This document shows, piece after piece, positions 8,932-20,381 of a DNA stretch of 64,000 bases. The notes beneath the pieces were generated by a model. The model made no database searches. It saw nothing but the letters and a program-made list of their open reading frames with translations, and was not told the DNA's origin. Source of the stretch: Candidatus Tectimicrobiota bacterium (GTDB lineage Bacteria > JACPUC01); the NCBI GenBank assembly GCA_016192455.1, contig JACPUC010000001.1, forward strand, positions 1-64,000. The letters are read 5' to 3'. The translations under genes were made by a program, and so were the position numbers. Position 1 is the first letter of the stretch; every line of letters begins with the position of its first letter.

Positions 8932-10086
8932 ATGCGTATCGAGATTTCCGAACTTCCCGAGGAAACCCAGCTTATCGTTGGGGAGCTGAAGAACCTCTTG
9001 AAGAAGCACCTCAACGAGGAGCTGATCGCCGAGCACGAGCAGAAGAAACGCCTGCCGCAGCACGTCCTGGGCGCCCTCTTCGAGCAGGGGTTCATGGGCA
9101 TGTTGACGCCGGAGGAGTACGGCGGCAGCCCCTCGACCATGACCACCCTGGCGGCCGTGGGGGAAGAGATCGCCGCCGCCTGGGCCAGCCTCATGCTCGC
9201 CTGGTCGGTGCAGAACACCCTGGCGCCGACGGCCCTCCTCATCGCCGGCAGCGAGGCCCAGAAGCGCGCCTGGCTGCCGCGCCTGGCCCAGCGCGACCTC
9301 GGCGCCTTTGCCCTGACGGAGCCGGAGTGCGGATCGGACTCCGCCGCCCTGCAGCTCAAGGCCGCCAAGACCGACCACGGCTGGCTGCTGAACGGCAGGA
9401 AGATCTTCATCTCGAACGCCGTCGGCGGCAAGATCGCCACCGTTTACGCCCGCACCGCGCCGCCGAAGCACACCGGCATCAGCGCCTTCATGGTGGATAT
9501 GGAGGCGGCGACGGCGAACGGGGGCTTGAAGATCAACCAGCAGATGGAGCAAAAGCTGGGGGTGAACGCCTCGCCCATCGCCGAGCTCGTCTTCGACAAC
9601 TGCGAGCTGCCGCGCGACGCCCTCGTCGGCGAGGAGGGGCAGGGGTTCATCCTGGCTATGAAGACGCTTGATGTCGGGCGCGTGACCATCGCCGCGCAGG
9701 CCCTCGGCGTCGCCCGCAGCGCCCTCGCCGCCGCCAAGGAGTATATGGGGGAACGCAGCGCCTTCGGCCGCAAGCTCAAGGAGCTCGACAAGCTGCGCGC
9801 CAAGCTGGCGCATATGCAGACGAAGTACGACGCGGCCCGCCTCCTCACCTTCCGCGCCGCCTGGCTGCAGGATGAGGGCAAGGAGTTCACCCGCCTGGCC
9901 TCCGAGGCGAAGCTCTTCGCCACCAAGGCGGCCGAGGAGATCACCAACGACGCCGTGCAGATCCATGGCGGCGTGGGCGTCATCCTGCCGGTGGAGCGCC
10001 TCTACCGCGACGCCAAGGTCTTCTCCATCTATGAAGGCACCAGCGAAATCCAGGAGAACATCATCGCCCGCGAGCTGCTCGATTAA
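8932..10086 (+). CDS. Acyl-CoA dehydrogenase
   Basis: FALTEPECGSD, LNGRKIFISN, GRVTIAAQALG, AVQIHGG, IYEGTSEIQ; GAGGAGG RBS. Confidence 0.95.
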   Translation: MRIEISELPEETQLIVGELKNLLKKHLNEELIAEHEQKKRLPQHVLGALFEQGFMGMLTPEEYGGSPSTMTTLAAVGEEIAAAWASLMLAWSVQNTLAPTALLIAGSEAQKRAWLPRLAQRDLGAFALTEPECGSDSAALQLKAAKTDHGWLLNGRKIFISNAVGGKIATVYARTAPPKHTGISAFMVDMEAATANGGLKINQQMEQKLGVNASPIAELVFDNCELPRDALVGEEGQGFILAMKTLDVGRVTIAAQALGVARSALAAAKEYMGERSAFGRKLKELDKLRAKLAHMQTKYDAARLLTFRAAWLQDEGKEFTRLASEAKLFATKAAEEITNDAVQIHGGVGVILPVERLYRDAKVFSIYEGTSEIQENIIARELLD

Positions 10087-10365
10087 ACGAGCCGGCTCAC
10101 TGTCATGGCTCAGCCTTGCGCCTCGAAGTGCGAGGTTGTCATTCGGTCGCGGGGCGCTTCAGTGGCGGGGTGTCGGTGCCGCCGAAGGGTTCCGCGCCCA
10201 TCGTGACAGGCGATCGGGGCTCCCGCCTCCTGGCACGGAGCCCTCCGCCGCATCGTCACCGCATTGCCACACGCTCTCTGCAATGCCGCTGCAGTTTCAT
10301 CCGTCTGCGGGTCGCAGATGGGGGGGAATAGATGCACCTGAACTGGAATTGCAGAGGAGCATGCC

Positions 10366-13300
10366 ATGTTCCCGCGGGCCCGGTTACTTGCTGCCTTGCT
10401 GGCTTCTCTCCTCCTTCTCGGCCTCTCCACCACCTCAGCACGGTCGCAGGGGGGGCTCACCCTCACCCTCGAGCCCGCCGCGGTGCGCGCCGGTGAGGTC
10501 CTGCGCCTGTCGGCGGCGGGCCTTCCCGACCTTCCCCTCCTCATCGCCGCCTCCACCGCCAACAGCGGCCTGGGCGAGGTCGGCGGGCAGCCCCTCCTCC
10601 TGGGACCAGACGCCTTCGTGCTCTTCACGGTGCGGACGGACGCTGAGGGCAGATTCAGCGTGACGGTGAGCATCCCTCCCGGCGTCGGCGGCACCTTCTT
10701 CCTCCAGGCAGCTCAGGCACTCGAAGCCGATTTCTCTCGCCTCCTCCTCTCCAACGGCGCGCAGGTGGCCATCACCGGGTTGCCCGCGAACCCGGACACC
10801 GTCTTCATCCCGCACCTCGACGGCGACGGCGACGGCATCCCCAATTTCTTGGAGGGGAGTGGGGACGCCGACGGCGACGGCGTGCCGAACTTCCTCGACC
10901 CCGACAGCGACGGCGACGGCATCCCGGATAGCGCGGCGGCATCCACCTCCGGTGCTTCCTACGTGGATACGGACGGCGACGGCATCCCCGACTTCCTCGA
11001 TCGGGACGATGACGGCGACGGCATCCCGGACAGCGAGGACGATGACCCGCTGACGCCCGTTTCCCCGACCGACTTCCGCAGCGAGGCGCGCCTGGTCGTC
11101 CGCTCACTCGAAACGCGCGTCACCGGCCTGTCGCTGGCGGCGGCGGCGCGCCCCGGCGACCTCATCGACCTGGTGGTGCAGGGGATCAGCGCGAGCCGCG
11201 GCGGCTACGCGGTGCTCTTCAGCACCGGCGCCGAAGACGGCTCGCGGCTGCCCGTGGCGCCCATCGCCGTGCGGCCCGAAGGGGAGGGGAGCGTCGAGCG
11301 CCTGACGGTGCGGGTGCCCGAGACCGCCAGCAGTGGGCCGGTGCAGGTCCGCCAGGGGGCGCTCCTCTCGGACGAGGTGGCGCTTCAGGTGGTGCCGCCG
11401 GCCCTGCCGCTGATCATCAGCCAGCAGGAGGACGACCCCGCCAGCCCCTTGGTGGCCTCCATCGCCGAAGGTGCGCCGCTGACGCTCATCGGCGATGGGT
11501 TCCGCCAAGATGACATGGTCATGTTCGCCACGGCTGAGGGCGCCGAATTTTCCCAGAGACCAACGACGGTCAGCCCCGACGGCAGCGAGCTGTCGGTGGA
11601 ACTCCCCCACCCCGCAGTGCGCCTCGTGTGGATCGAGCGCCAGGGGAGCGAGAGCAACCGCTTGCTGCTGAACGTCACGCGTCAGGTCAGCGGCCGCCTC
11701 GAGCTGCCGCCGGGGATCGCCGTGGCGGAGCTGCGCGTCGAGAGCGGTCTGCTGGCGGAGGCGACACCGGCCGCGGACGGCAGCTTCAGCATCGCGGTGC
11801 GCGCCCAGGCGCGCCCACTGATCGAGGTGGTGGAGGCTTCGACGGGGGTCATCCTCCTCATGGCGTTCGTCGAGTCCACCGCCTCCGACGTGGTGGTGAC
11901 CCCCCTCACCACCGTCACCGCCCAGATCGTCCGCGCTCTCATGCTCGAGGTGAGCCTGGAGGATGCCTCGCTGCCTGAGGCCCTGGCGATCATCGCCGCG
12001 ACGCCGGAGGCGGCGGCCGCGGCGGCGGTGCTGGCGGAACGCCTGCCGCTGGACCGCACCCTGCTTATCGGGCGGGACGAGCGCTACGCCGCTGCTTTCA
12101 CCAGCGCCGTCGAGGCCGCCAACACCGCCTTGCGGGCGGCGCTCGACCAGGGGCGCCTGCGCGCCAAGGCGCAGCGCGCCGGAACGAAGCGCGAGGCGAG
12201 AATCCTGCCGCGGCAAGAGCAGTACGACATCATGCTTGCCGAGAACCCGGCCGATCCGGGGAATTTGCTGATCGAGAACGATACCCAACTGCTGCTCAGC
12301 GTGCAGATGAAAGACAAAGAGAACGGCGACATCCTGCACAGCCACGCACGGACCTTCTTTGACAACAACGTCGTGGGACCTCAAGGAGGCGGCCTGCTCT
12401 TCATCGCCAGCACGAAGTTCTTCAAGCTCCCGCAAAACCGCGACGTCGAGGTCGAGATACTCACCGGCGGCTTGTTCAGCGACGTCACGCCAACACCCTT
12501 GCAGCTCGAGACGAATACGGTCCTTACGGTGCGCTTCTCACTCGAGCGCATCTTGACCCCCGTCATCAACTCCATGCTGGATGCCATCTTCTCGCCGCAG
12601 ATCGGCATCCCGCGCTCCCAGCACCTGTTCATCAGGGTGGTCGCCAACTTCGGCGACGACTTCATGCGCCAGCTCGTGAGCTTCGCCGTCTCAGAAGAAC
12701 ACCACGACATCTATGAGATTGTCGCCTTCGCGGCCCGCCTCCTCTTCGAGGACGCCTGGCAGTTCCCCCCAGGCCCGCTCACCACCCACCTCATCCAAGC
12801 CTTGCTCCTCACGAGAGGGCCCAATGTGGCGGTCGTCCTCGTCGATAAGCTCGCCAAGCGTCTGGCGGGCCAGCTCAACGCCATCTCCAGCGCCCTCCTC
12901 GTGCTGCGCACGGTCACCAACATGGTCGGCGTCTCCAAGGCGGTGGCTGATATCGTGACCGTCCCGGCGATCGTCGAGTTCGAGGCGGACTTCGCGCAGC
13001 CCATCGTCGAATCCATCGATCCCTCCTGCATCTCCTCCCGCCAGACCGAACTGGACGCCGTCGTTGTGGGACGCAACTTCCGCAACTTCGATGACGACCT
13101 CGACGCCGAGCCGAACTTCGCCGTCAGCATCCCCTTCGAGGAGGGCGGCAGCGCGACGCGCCACGAAGTCCTGGTGCGGGCCGGCACGTACGGGCGCGTC
13201 ACCTCCCTGAACGCGCGGGGCACGCGCGCTCTCGTGCGCTTCCAGACGGCCGGCGGCACGTTCGCCGGCGGCGCCGTGCAGGCGCGCTTCGGCGAGACGC

Positions 13301-14775
13301 AGCGTGCCCCGATCACCAGCGCCACTCTGGAGGTGGTGGAGGAGCCGCGCATCAACGCCGTCGAGCCGGCGCGCGCCCGCCGCGGCGAGCTCGTGCGCCT
13401 CTCCGGCTGCGGCTTCGGGTTCGAGCGCGAGGCGAACGAGGTGACCTTCATCGACGTGGACGGTGGCGAAGTCAGCCTGGCGCCGGAGGCTGCCGGCGGG
13501 AATGGCAACTTCCTGCTGGTACGCGTGCCGCAGGAGGTGACGCCGGGTCCGGGCAGCATCCGCGTCACCAGCACCATCGCCGATCAGAGCCTGACCTCGG
13601 AGCGCGCCGACTTCTTCGTCGACGCCGTGCTCTTCGTCGTCAGCCTGCCCCCGACGATCCGCGCCGGCATCCCCTTCAGCATGTCCGTCATTGCCACCGA
13701 TCCAGCGGGACAGGTCCGCGCCGACTTTCGGGAGGCCGTGCCGCTGACGCTCTCTGGCGATCCTGAAAGTCCGCCGCCCTCCGGCCGCCTGGCCATTGCC
13801 GCCATCCCGCCGGACGCCTGGGTAAACGGCGCCTTCAGCACCGACGCTCAAAGCTACAGCGGCGATGAGGACGCCTACCTGCTCACCGTCACCGCCTTCC
13901 GCCCCGTGGATCCGCGCGACATGGGAGTCGGCCACACCGTGGTGAACGGCACGGAGCTCGCCACCAGGGCCGTCGGCTTCTTCCGCTCCACCGACAGCGG
14001 CGCGAGCTATGCGTTTGAGGCGCAATCCAGCATCGGCGGCGCCGGCCTTGACGGCGGCTTGCTCCGCGGCGTCGGCGGCGAGGGCTCCTGCCGCAGCATC
14101 GTCGTCTGCGAGGACCGCCGCGAGGTGACCGGCAGGGCCGTGCAGATCGTGAGCCTCGACCCGGCGAGCCCGAACGGCGTTGGTCCCCTGCCGTCCACCA
14201 TCGACAGCGTCCTCGTCTCAGGCGCCGCCTTGGTGAGTGGGTACTTCAGCTTCAACTTCATACCAGCCGTCGGCGTTGAGGTTGGGGTCATCGGCCTGGA
14301 AGTCGCCATCAATCCGCGCACCTATCTGGCAAGCCTTGCGATGCCTGGCTTGCCGCGCTTCTTCTTCGACGCGCATAGCAGCCGTCCGGCGCAGAGTCCG
14401 CGAGGCCGGCACGTGGCGGCCATCCGGGCCACGCCGTTGCGCATCTACTCGTACGATTCGTTCAGGTCGCGTTCGACGATCCGCAACCTGCGCGAGGCAG
14501 ACTTCGTCCTTCCGGGGCTCGCCCGTGTTCCGCCCGACCTGGAGAAGCAGCCATTCTCCTTCAGCCTGCCCGTCACCGGGCCGGAGGTCTACCTGAGCGC
14601 CTACGGCGATCCTGCGGCAATCGACCTCCTCGAACTGGTCGGGCGTCGGGTGGTGGAGGCGGTCCCTCAGGATCCGCTCAACCCGGTGACGTATGAGGCG
14701 ATAGGGGGCTTCTCAATGAACATGACCTGCGATGGCTGTGGGATGTCCGTGATCGGCTTCCGGCGGCAGCGGTAG
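10366..14775 (+). CDS. Large secreted protein (1469 aa) with TSP3-like Ca-binding DxDxDG repeats and IPT/TIG-like domains
   Basis: Signal peptide; [27 protein letters not shown] repeats (about 10816-11045); [29 protein letters not shown] Ig-like motif. Confidence 0.8.
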   Translation: MFPRARLLAALLASLLLLGLSTTSARSQGGLTLTLEPAAVRAGEVLRLSAAGLPDLPLLIAASTANSGLGEVGGQPLLLGPDAFVLFTVRTDAEGRFSVTVSIPPGVGGTFFLQAAQALEADFSRLLLSNGAQVAITGLPANPDTVFIPHLDGDGDGIPNFLEGSGDADGDGVPNFLDPDSDGDGIPDSAAASTSGASYVDTDGDGIPDFLDRDDDGDGIPDSEDDDPLTPVSPTDFRSEARLVVRSLETRVTGLSLAAAARPGDLIDLVVQGISASRGGYAVLFSTGAEDGSRLPVAPIAVRPEGEGSVERLTVRVPETASSGPVQVRQGALLSDEVALQVVPPALPLIISQQEDDPASPLVASIAEGAPLTLIGDGFRQDDMVMFATAEGAEFSQRPTTVSPDGSELSVELPHPAVRLVWIERQGSESNRLLLNVTRQVSGRLELPPGIAVAELRVESGLLAEATPAADGSFSIAVRAQARPLIEVVEASTGVILLMAFVESTASDVVVTPLTTVTAQIVRALMLEVSLEDASLPEALAIIAATPEAAAAAAVLAERLPLDRTLLIGRDERYAAAFTSAVEAANTALRAALDQGRLRAKAQRAGTKREARILPRQEQYDIMLAENPADPGNLLIENDTQLLLSVQMKDKENGDILHSHARTFFDNNVVGPQGGGLLFIASTKFFKLPQNRDVEVEILTGGLFSDVTPTPLQLETNTVLTVRFSLERILTPVINSMLDAIFSPQIGIPRSQHLFIRVVANFGDDFMRQLVSFAVSEEHHDIYEIVAFAARLLFEDAWQFPPGPLTTHLIQALLLTRGPNVAVVLVDKLAKRLAGQLNAISSALLVLRTVTNMVGVSKAVADIVTVPAIVEFEADFAQPIVESIDPSCISSRQTELDAVVVGRNFRNFDDDLDAEPNFAVSIPFEEGGSATRHEVLVRAGTYGRVTSLNARGTRALVRFQTAGGTFAGGAVQARFGETQRAPITSATLEVVEEPRINAVEPARARRGELVRLSGCGFGFEREANEVTFIDVDGGEVSLAPEAAGGNGNFLLVRVPQEVTPGPGSIRVTSTIADQSLTSERADFFVDAVLFVVSLPPTIRAGIPFSMSVIATDPAGQVRADFREAVPLTLSGDPESPPPSGRLAIAAIPPDAWVNGAFSTDAQSYSGDEDAYLLTVTAFRPVDPRDMGVGHTVVNGTELATRAVGFFRSTDSGASYAFEAQSSIGGAGLDGGLLRGVGGEGSCRSIVVCEDRREVTGRAVQIVSLDPASPNGVGPLPSTIDSVLVSGAALVSGYFSFNFIPAVGVEVGVIGLEVAINPRTYLASLAMPGLPRFFFDAHSSRPAQSPRGRHVAAIRATPLRIYSYDSFRSRSTIRNLREADFVLPGLARVPPDLEKQPFSFSLPVTGPEVYLSAYGDPAAIDLLELVGRRVVEAVPQDPLNPVTYEAIGGFSMNMTCDGCGMSVIGFRRQR

Positions 14776-14860
14776 GAGGAGAGAACCGTGGCAAGAGGCG
14801 CCAATCCGACGCTGGGAAGCGAGGCCGGAGTCGGCTGCGAGGCTCGGCGAAGGGTGCGCG

Positions 14861-16366
14861 TCAGCCATGGCTGTCAGGAACCTCGGCGGCGAGATCGGCC
14901 AGAAATTCCTCCGACTCGAGCAGCGTCTTCAGGCTCACGAGGAACTCGATGGCGCCCAGGCGCTCGCCGCTGAGGTTCAGGCCGTCGATCAGCCGATGGT
15001 CGAAGGTGAGGGAGAAGATGGCCGTCTTCAGGGGATCGTCGGGGTCATAGGCGCCGAAGCTGAGGATGGCGGTGGTGGGGTGATCCTCGACCGCCCAGGG
15101 GATGATGGAGGTGCCGGTGAGGTCGGCGTGGGGGCCGGTGCCCGGGCGCGGCTGGTAGCGCCCCGCGGCGTCGAGCTGCAACCTCCGCGGCAGGCCGGTG
15201 TTGTTGATCGTGAAGGTCAGCCCGGTAAGGTCCTCAAAAGGCGGGTTGGGCTGCTGGGCGCGGGCGAGGTGCGCCTGGATCGCCTCCACAAGCTCGCGGA
15301 ACGACTTCGTTTCCGCCTCCTTCACCACCGTCACCAACAGGCCCTCCTCGTAAGGACGCGCCACCGCGAAGCCCAGGCCGACGTGTTCCCGCGCCACGAC
15401 GGAGCGCCCGTCCTCGGTGACGTAGCCGTTGAAGTAGGCGAAGCGCGGGTCCTTCAGGAGGTACGCCGCCGCCGAGGCGATGGCGTGCAGGAACGAGGCC
15501 TGCCGGGCCTTGGTCGCCTCGATGGCCCACTTCAGGGCGATGCGCACCTTGCTGGTGGCCGCCGGGATGGTGACGTGGCTGTGCGCCAGCAGACGGGCCT
15601 CATGGCGCCGCCGGGGCAGCAAGGGGACGGCCCGCGGCGGTTCGGCCGCCGGCGGCGTCGGTTCCGCCACCGGCGCGGCGACGCCCGGCTGCACGGCGCC
15701 ATGCGCCCTCTCCACGTCGGCTGCGGTGATGACCCGGCCGCGCAGGCCTGTCGGCTGCACCTGGGTGAGATCAACCCCAAGTCGGCGGCTCGCGGCGCGG
15801 GCCCGGTCGGTCGCCGGCGGGGCCTGGGGCTCGGCCGCTGCGAGCCGCGCCAGGGCTGCGGCCGCGGCCGAGCCGTCGCCGGCCTCCGCGGGGGCTCGAC
15901 TCACTCCGGGGGATGGCTTCGCAGCGGCGCGCGCGCCGCGCTCGCGGGCGCCCGCCCCACCCCGCCGCCCGTTGGCCGCCGTGCGTTCTGGCGCGGCTGC
16001 CGGTCTTGCTGGCGCAACGGGGCGCTCCTTGCGGCCTCGCTCCTTGCCCTCCCCTGTCCGCACCTGACTCTGCACCCGCCTCGGCTTCGGCGCAGCCTCG
16101 CCTGCCTGCGGCGGCTCGACCGCCGCCGTCTCGATGCGCGCCAGCAGCACACCGCGCGGGCCGCTCTCACCCTCGGCCAGACAATGCTCCAAAAGAACCC
16201 CATCCACCGGCGACTCGAAATCAATCTCCGTCTTCACCACATCGAGGCAGGCCAGCGCCTCTCCCTTTTTGATGGACTCGCCGGGAAACTTGTACCAGCG
16301 GACGACGGTGACCTCCTCGACGGAGTAGTCGATCCCCGCTATGGCGCGTACCTCAAACGGCTGCAT
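14861..16366 (-). CDS. 2-oxoacid dehydrogenase E2 (dihydrolipoamide acyltransferase), divergent
   Basis: N-terminal lipoyl domain (VVK-TEIDFESPVDG), E3-binding domain (GVDLTQVQPTGLRGRVITAADV), catalytic FDHRLIDG. Confidence 0.88.
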   Translation of the reverse strand: MQPFEVRAIAGIDYSVEEVTVVRWYKFPGESIKKGEALACLDVVKTEIDFESPVDGVLLEHCLAEGESGPRGVLLARIETAAVEPPQAGEAAPKPRRVQSQVRTGEGKERGRKERPVAPARPAAAPERTAANGRRGGAGARERGARAAAKPSPGVSRAPAEAGDGSAAAAALARLAAAEPQAPPATDRARAASRRLGVDLTQVQPTGLRGRVITAADVERAHGAVQPGVAAPVAEPTPPAAEPPRAVPLLPRRRHEARLLAHSHVTIPAATSKVRIALKWAIEATKARQASFLHAIASAAAYLLKDPRFAYFNGYVTEDGRSVVAREHVGLGFAVARPYEEGLLVTVVKEAETKSFRELVEAIQAHLARAQQPNPPFEDLTGLTFTINNTGLPRRLQLDAAGRYQPRPGTGPHADLTGTSIIPWAVEDHPTTAILSFGAYDPDDPLKTAIFSLTFDHRLIDGLNLSGERLGAIEFLVSLKTLLESEEFLADLAAEVPDSHG

Positions 16367-18572
16367 ACGTGCCGCTCCCGTATTCCATGAGAACCCGGGC
16401 GGCCTCGATGACGGCGTCCTGGCTGGGGAGGCGATACTCCTCGAGGACCAGGCTCCCTGGCACCCCCGTCTCCTTGGCGCCGAGCACCACCAGCGGCGGC
16501 TCCTTGGCGTCGCCCCAGCGCGACCTGGCCCGCGCCTCCGGGCTGCTCAGCAGCCTCGCCACTTCGCCGCCGAAGCCGAACGCCTCCACCGACTCATGCA
16601 GGACGATGGCTCGCCCCGTCTTGGCGTAGCTGGCGAGGATCGCCACGCGGTCCAGCGGCTTGAGGGTGCGCATGTTGAGGACCTCCACCGAGACGCCGTC
16701 GTCGGCCAACTGCCGTGCCGCCTCCTCGGCCCGATGCACCATCAGCGCGCCATAGGTGATGATCGACAGCTCCGTCCCTTCGCGGCGCACTTGGGCCTTG
16801 CCGAGGGGGAGATAGTAGGGCTGCTCCGGCACCGGCGTCGCATATGCCTTGCGGGAATACGCATGAATCTGCTCGAGGAAAATCACCGGGTCGGGGTCCT
16901 TGATCGCCGACAGGAGCAACCCCTTGGCCTCGAAGGCATCGGCGGGGAAGACCACCTTGAGGCCCGGGAAGTTGAGCAGGCTCATCTCCTCCATCAGCGA
17001 GTGGTAGGTGCCGCTCGACGGCACGTAGCCGCCCGGCACGCGGATCACCAGCGGCAGGCTGTGCCCGGTTTGCCAGTAGTGGGTGGCCACGATGTCAACG
17101 AGCTGGCTGAAGCCGCAGGTGAGGAAGGTGAAGAACTGGATTTCGGTGACCGCCCGCACGCCCATGTAAGCCAGGCCGCCGGCGAAGCCGATGAGCCACG
17201 CCTCGCTGAGCGGCGTATTGAAGCAGCGCTCGAGGCCGAAGAGCTCGGTCAGCCCGTGGGTGATGCCGTAGACGCCGCCGCGACCGCCGAGGCGCTCCTC
17301 ATCGCTCTTCACATCCTCGCCAAAGACGACGACGCGCTCATCCTCCTGCATCGCCTGCTTGAGGGCCTCGTTGAGCGCCTGCCCATAGAGGAGCGTGCGG
17401 CTGGTGGGCCGTGGCGGCTGCTCCTCGGCCAGGCGGGCGCTCACCTCGCAGGCCGGATCGGCGAAGGGCGAGCCGAGGTCCTCATCCGTCGGCTGCGGGT
17501 CGGCGGCCTCCTCGGCGCGGTCGAACGCCTCGCTGATCTGCTCCCGCAGCGTCGCCTCGAGCTCCCCCAGCTCCTCATCGCTCTTCAGACCTCGCCGCAG
17601 CACGAGGAACTCGGCGAAGGCGAGCGGGTCGCGTGGGAGGTAGTGCTCCAGCTCCGCCTGGCGGGGCTTGCGGTAGCGCGTCGGCTCGGTGCGGTTGTGT
17701 CCTTCGAAGCGGTACGTCTGCGCCGCCACCAGGGCCGGGCCGAACCCCTGGCGGGCCCGCTCGAGGGCATACTTGACGCGGTAGTAGACCTCCTCGACGT
17801 CCCAGCCGTTGGTGAGCATGATGCCGGGCATGCCGAAGCCGCGGGCGCGATCGGCGAAGCTCGACAGGGGATCGGCGAAGGGATGCGTCTCTTCAGGCAG
17901 CACGGAGATGGCGTGGCGATTCAGGTTGATCAGCCAAACGACGGGGATGTTCAGCACCGTGGCGGCGTTCATCGTTTCCAGGACCGCCCCCTGGTTGGAG
18001 GCGCCCTCGCCGATGCAGATGACGCCCACGACGCGCGTCTCGTCGCTCAGGGCGCCGGCGCGCTGGCGGAGGTAGTTGGCGGCCCAGACGGCGCCGGAGA
18101 GGATGGGGGCGCCGGCGCCCATATGGCTGATGAAGCGCAGCACGCCCTGCTCCGGCAAGTGCAGGTGCCAGTTGAGGTCGCGGCCCCGCGCCGGCCCCTC
18201 GCGCTTGGCGAAGAACTGCAACCCGACGACATAGGGGTCGAGCCCTTTCACGAGGTAGAAGCCGGCGTCGCGGTGCGACGGGAAGACAAGGTCCTGCGCC
18301 TCCAAGGCCCAGGCCATGCCGACGGAAAGGGCCTCCTGGCCCTTGCTGTCGAAGACCGTGCCGGGGATCGGGCTGGGCTCCTTCATCTTGCGGCGGTAGA
18401 GCTCCTCCTCAACGAGGCGCGCCTTCAGGATGCCCTCATACATGCCGAGGAGGTCGTCAGACCGCAGGTAGCCGAACGTGGCGTAGCGCTGCATCGCCTT
18501 TTGCTCATTGATGAGAGTCACGTTGCCCTCCCTCGGAAGCTCTCCTTCTCCCTGCGCGTAGCGGTGGAGCAC
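16353..18572 (-). CDS. Fused E1 alpha/beta 2-oxoacid dehydrogenase
   Basis: GQEA, SHRD, GEGASNQG ThDP motif, YRFEGHN; beta part FGEDV..GGVYG, FNTPLSE, GLKVVFP, DPVIFLE; AGGAGG RBS. Confidence 0.92.
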   Translation of the reverse strand: MLHRYAQGEGELPREGNVTLINEQKAMQRYATFGYLRSDDLLGMYEGILKARLVEEELYRRKMKEPSPIPGTVFDSKGQEALSVGMAWALEAQDLVFPSHRDAGFYLVKGLDPYVVGLQFFAKREGPARGRDLNWHLHLPEQGVLRFISHMGAGAPILSGAVWAANYLRQRAGALSDETRVVGVICIGEGASNQGAVLETMNAATVLNIPVVWLINLNRHAISVLPEETHPFADPLSSFADRARGFGMPGIMLTNGWDVEEVYYRVKYALERARQGFGPALVAAQTYRFEGHNRTEPTRYRKPRQAELEHYLPRDPLAFAEFLVLRRGLKSDEELGELEATLREQISEAFDRAEEAADPQPTDEDLGSPFADPACEVSARLAEEQPPRPTSRTLLYGQALNEALKQAMQEDERVVVFGEDVKSDEERLGGRGGVYGITHGLTELFGLERCFNTPLSEAWLIGFAGGLAYMGVRAVTEIQFFTFLTCGFSQLVDIVATHYWQTGHSLPLVIRVPGGYVPSSGTYHSLMEEMSLLNFPGLKVVFPADAFEAKGLLLSAIKDPDPVIFLEQIHAYSRKAYATPVPEQPYYLPLGKAQVRREGTELSIITYGALMVHRAEEAARQLADDGVSVEVLNMRTLKPLDRVAILASYAKTGRAIVLHESVEAFGFGGEVARLLSSPEARARSRWGDAKEPPLVVLGAKETGVPGSLVLEEYRLPSQDAVIEAARVLMEYGSGTYAAV

Positions 18573-19085
18573 ACCCCCTCCTAGAAACTCTCGTGGGGAG
18601 GATCATTCCTCCCCGCTTCGTGGGGCCGGCTCGAAGCGAGCGCTCCCGTGCCGCTCGCGAGCCTCCGGCTCACCGCCCCGGCGGGGCGGCGGAGCTTGAA
18701 ACGGCTCCCCCAGCAGCCATGCGCCGGCAGGGACATCTCGTCGAAAACGCAAGGGCGGAGAGGGTACCGTGGTGCGCCCCTCTCTTCTTCGAGTATAGAA
18801 GTGGGGGATGACGGGAGCAAGCCGCCGCGGAGCGACGGCGGCGCGGCTGGAAGGCGTGCCGTGAGTCACCCGGTCCCTCGCGCCGTTGGAGGCACCCGGC
18901 CGCACTCGTGAGCCGCCTTTTTCCCCTGCCGACCGCTCTACCTTCCGCGCTTGCGCCCTCCCGCCAGCGTGCTACCATGGCCGTGACTCCTCGGTGCGCG
19001 TAAGGGTCTCTCCTGGAAGATGTCCGCTGGCGGGTGGCCGCCAGGGGGCTTGGGCCGGACAGGCACGAGAAGAAGGAGGAAGGAT

Positions 19086-20111
19086 ATGAAGCGGCTGCGA
19101 GGCATGGGAATACTTGCGAGTTTCCTGATCGGCGCCAGCCTTCTCCTCGGCAGCGCGGCGGTGCGCGGGGAGCCCCTGAAGATCAGGGTGGCGCAGAGCG
19201 TCGCCGCGCCGGTGAACATCATCGGCTTGATCTACATGGAACCGTCGCTCCTGAAGCATTACGGCAAGAGCTACACGGTAGACTATGTTCTCTTCCGCGG
19301 CACCTCGCCGCAGATCCAGGCGTTTGCCGCCAAGGAGCTGGATGTCGGCTACCTCGCCTACGCCAGCCTCCCCTTCGCCATCGTGAAGGGGAACCTCGAC
19401 ATCAAGGTGGTGGCCGATCTCTCCCAGGAACGCGAAGGTTCCCATTCATCGGTCTGGGTGGCCCTGGAGGGCTCCGGGATCAAAAGCCCGAAGGACCTGA
19501 AGGGGAAGCGCATCGGTATCAACCTCCACAATACCGCCGTGTCGATCGCCACGCAGTTGAAGCTGCGGCAGTACGGCTACGAGTGGCCGCGCGACTACCA
19601 GATGGTGGAGGTGAACTTCCCCGCCCAGGAGGCCTTCCTGCGCGAGAAGAAGATCGACGCCGCCTGCCTGGTGGGGCCGTTCCTCTTCAAGGCGCTGAAG
19701 AATGGCGGCCTCGTGCAGCTCTACGATAGCCGGGAGCCGTTCGGCGAGGTGCAGACGCTGATGACCGTGGCGCGGTCGGAGTGGATGCAGAAGAACCGCG
19801 CCGCGGCAGCCGACTTCTTTGAGGACTGGCTGCGCTTCTGGCGCTGGTACCAGAATCCGGCCAACCGCGATGCGGCATTGAAGCTCGTGGCGCGCGCTTT
19901 GAAGCAGCCCGTGAGCAACTTCCAGGACTGGGCCCTGACGAAGAAGGGGGATTACTACCGCGATCCCAACGCCATGCCGAACGTTGCGGCCTTAAAGAAG
20001 AATATCGCCGCCATGCAAGAGGTGGGTATTCTGAAAGAGCCCTTTGACGTTGCAAAGCACGTCGATACCTCCCTGCTGCAGGAGGCGATGAAGCGCCTGG
20101 ACGGCAAGTAA
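19086..20111 (+). CDS. ABC transporter substrate-binding protein (NitT/TauT/SsuA family)
   Basis: Signal peptide; SGIKSPKDLKGKRIG motif; AAGGAGG RBS. Confidence 0.88.
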   Translation: MKRLRGMGILASFLIGASLLLGSAAVRGEPLKIRVAQSVAAPVNIIGLIYMEPSLLKHYGKSYTVDYVLFRGTSPQIQAFAAKELDVGYLAYASLPFAIVKGNLDIKVVADLSQEREGSHSSVWVALEGSGIKSPKDLKGKRIGINLHNTAVSIATQLKLRQYGYEWPRDYQMVEVNFPAQEAFLREKKIDAACLVGPFLFKALKNGGLVQLYDSREPFGEVQTLMTVARSEWMQKNRAAAADFFEDWLRFWRWYQNPANRDAALKLVARALKQPVSNFQDWALTKKGDYYRDPNAMPNVAALKKNIAAMQEVGILKEPFDVAKHVDTSLLQEAMKRLDGK

Positions 20112-20381
20112 CCGCGGAGAGCGGGCGGGCGCTCCTATGCTCGGAGGGAGAACGGCGAGGGGGGAAACGTCTTCCCTCGCCCCCATCGAGGAGTGATCGT
20201 TTGCTCGCCTGTCTGTTGTGCATTGGCGCGGTGAGGGTGCGAGGCGGGAGGACAGGGCATCCTCTCGCCGACCGGATGCCCTCCTGTCGCCGCGGCGGCG
20301 GGGGTCATCGGGGATGGATGCTAGGCAGCACCGAAAGTCACCTCCCCCTGCGAACCGGCCGGGCGCCTTTGGGGACGAACC

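Noticed and set aside
8285..8989. 234-aa ORF upstream of the acyl-CoA dehydrogenase
   Set aside because: Low complexity with no recognisable motif and it overlaps the real gene start; possibly decayed DNA.
18580..18800. Hairpin-rich leader of the E1 gene as a possible TPP riboswitch
   Set aside because: Lacks the CUGAGA and GAACCUGA..UAAU..GCG.AGG consensus.
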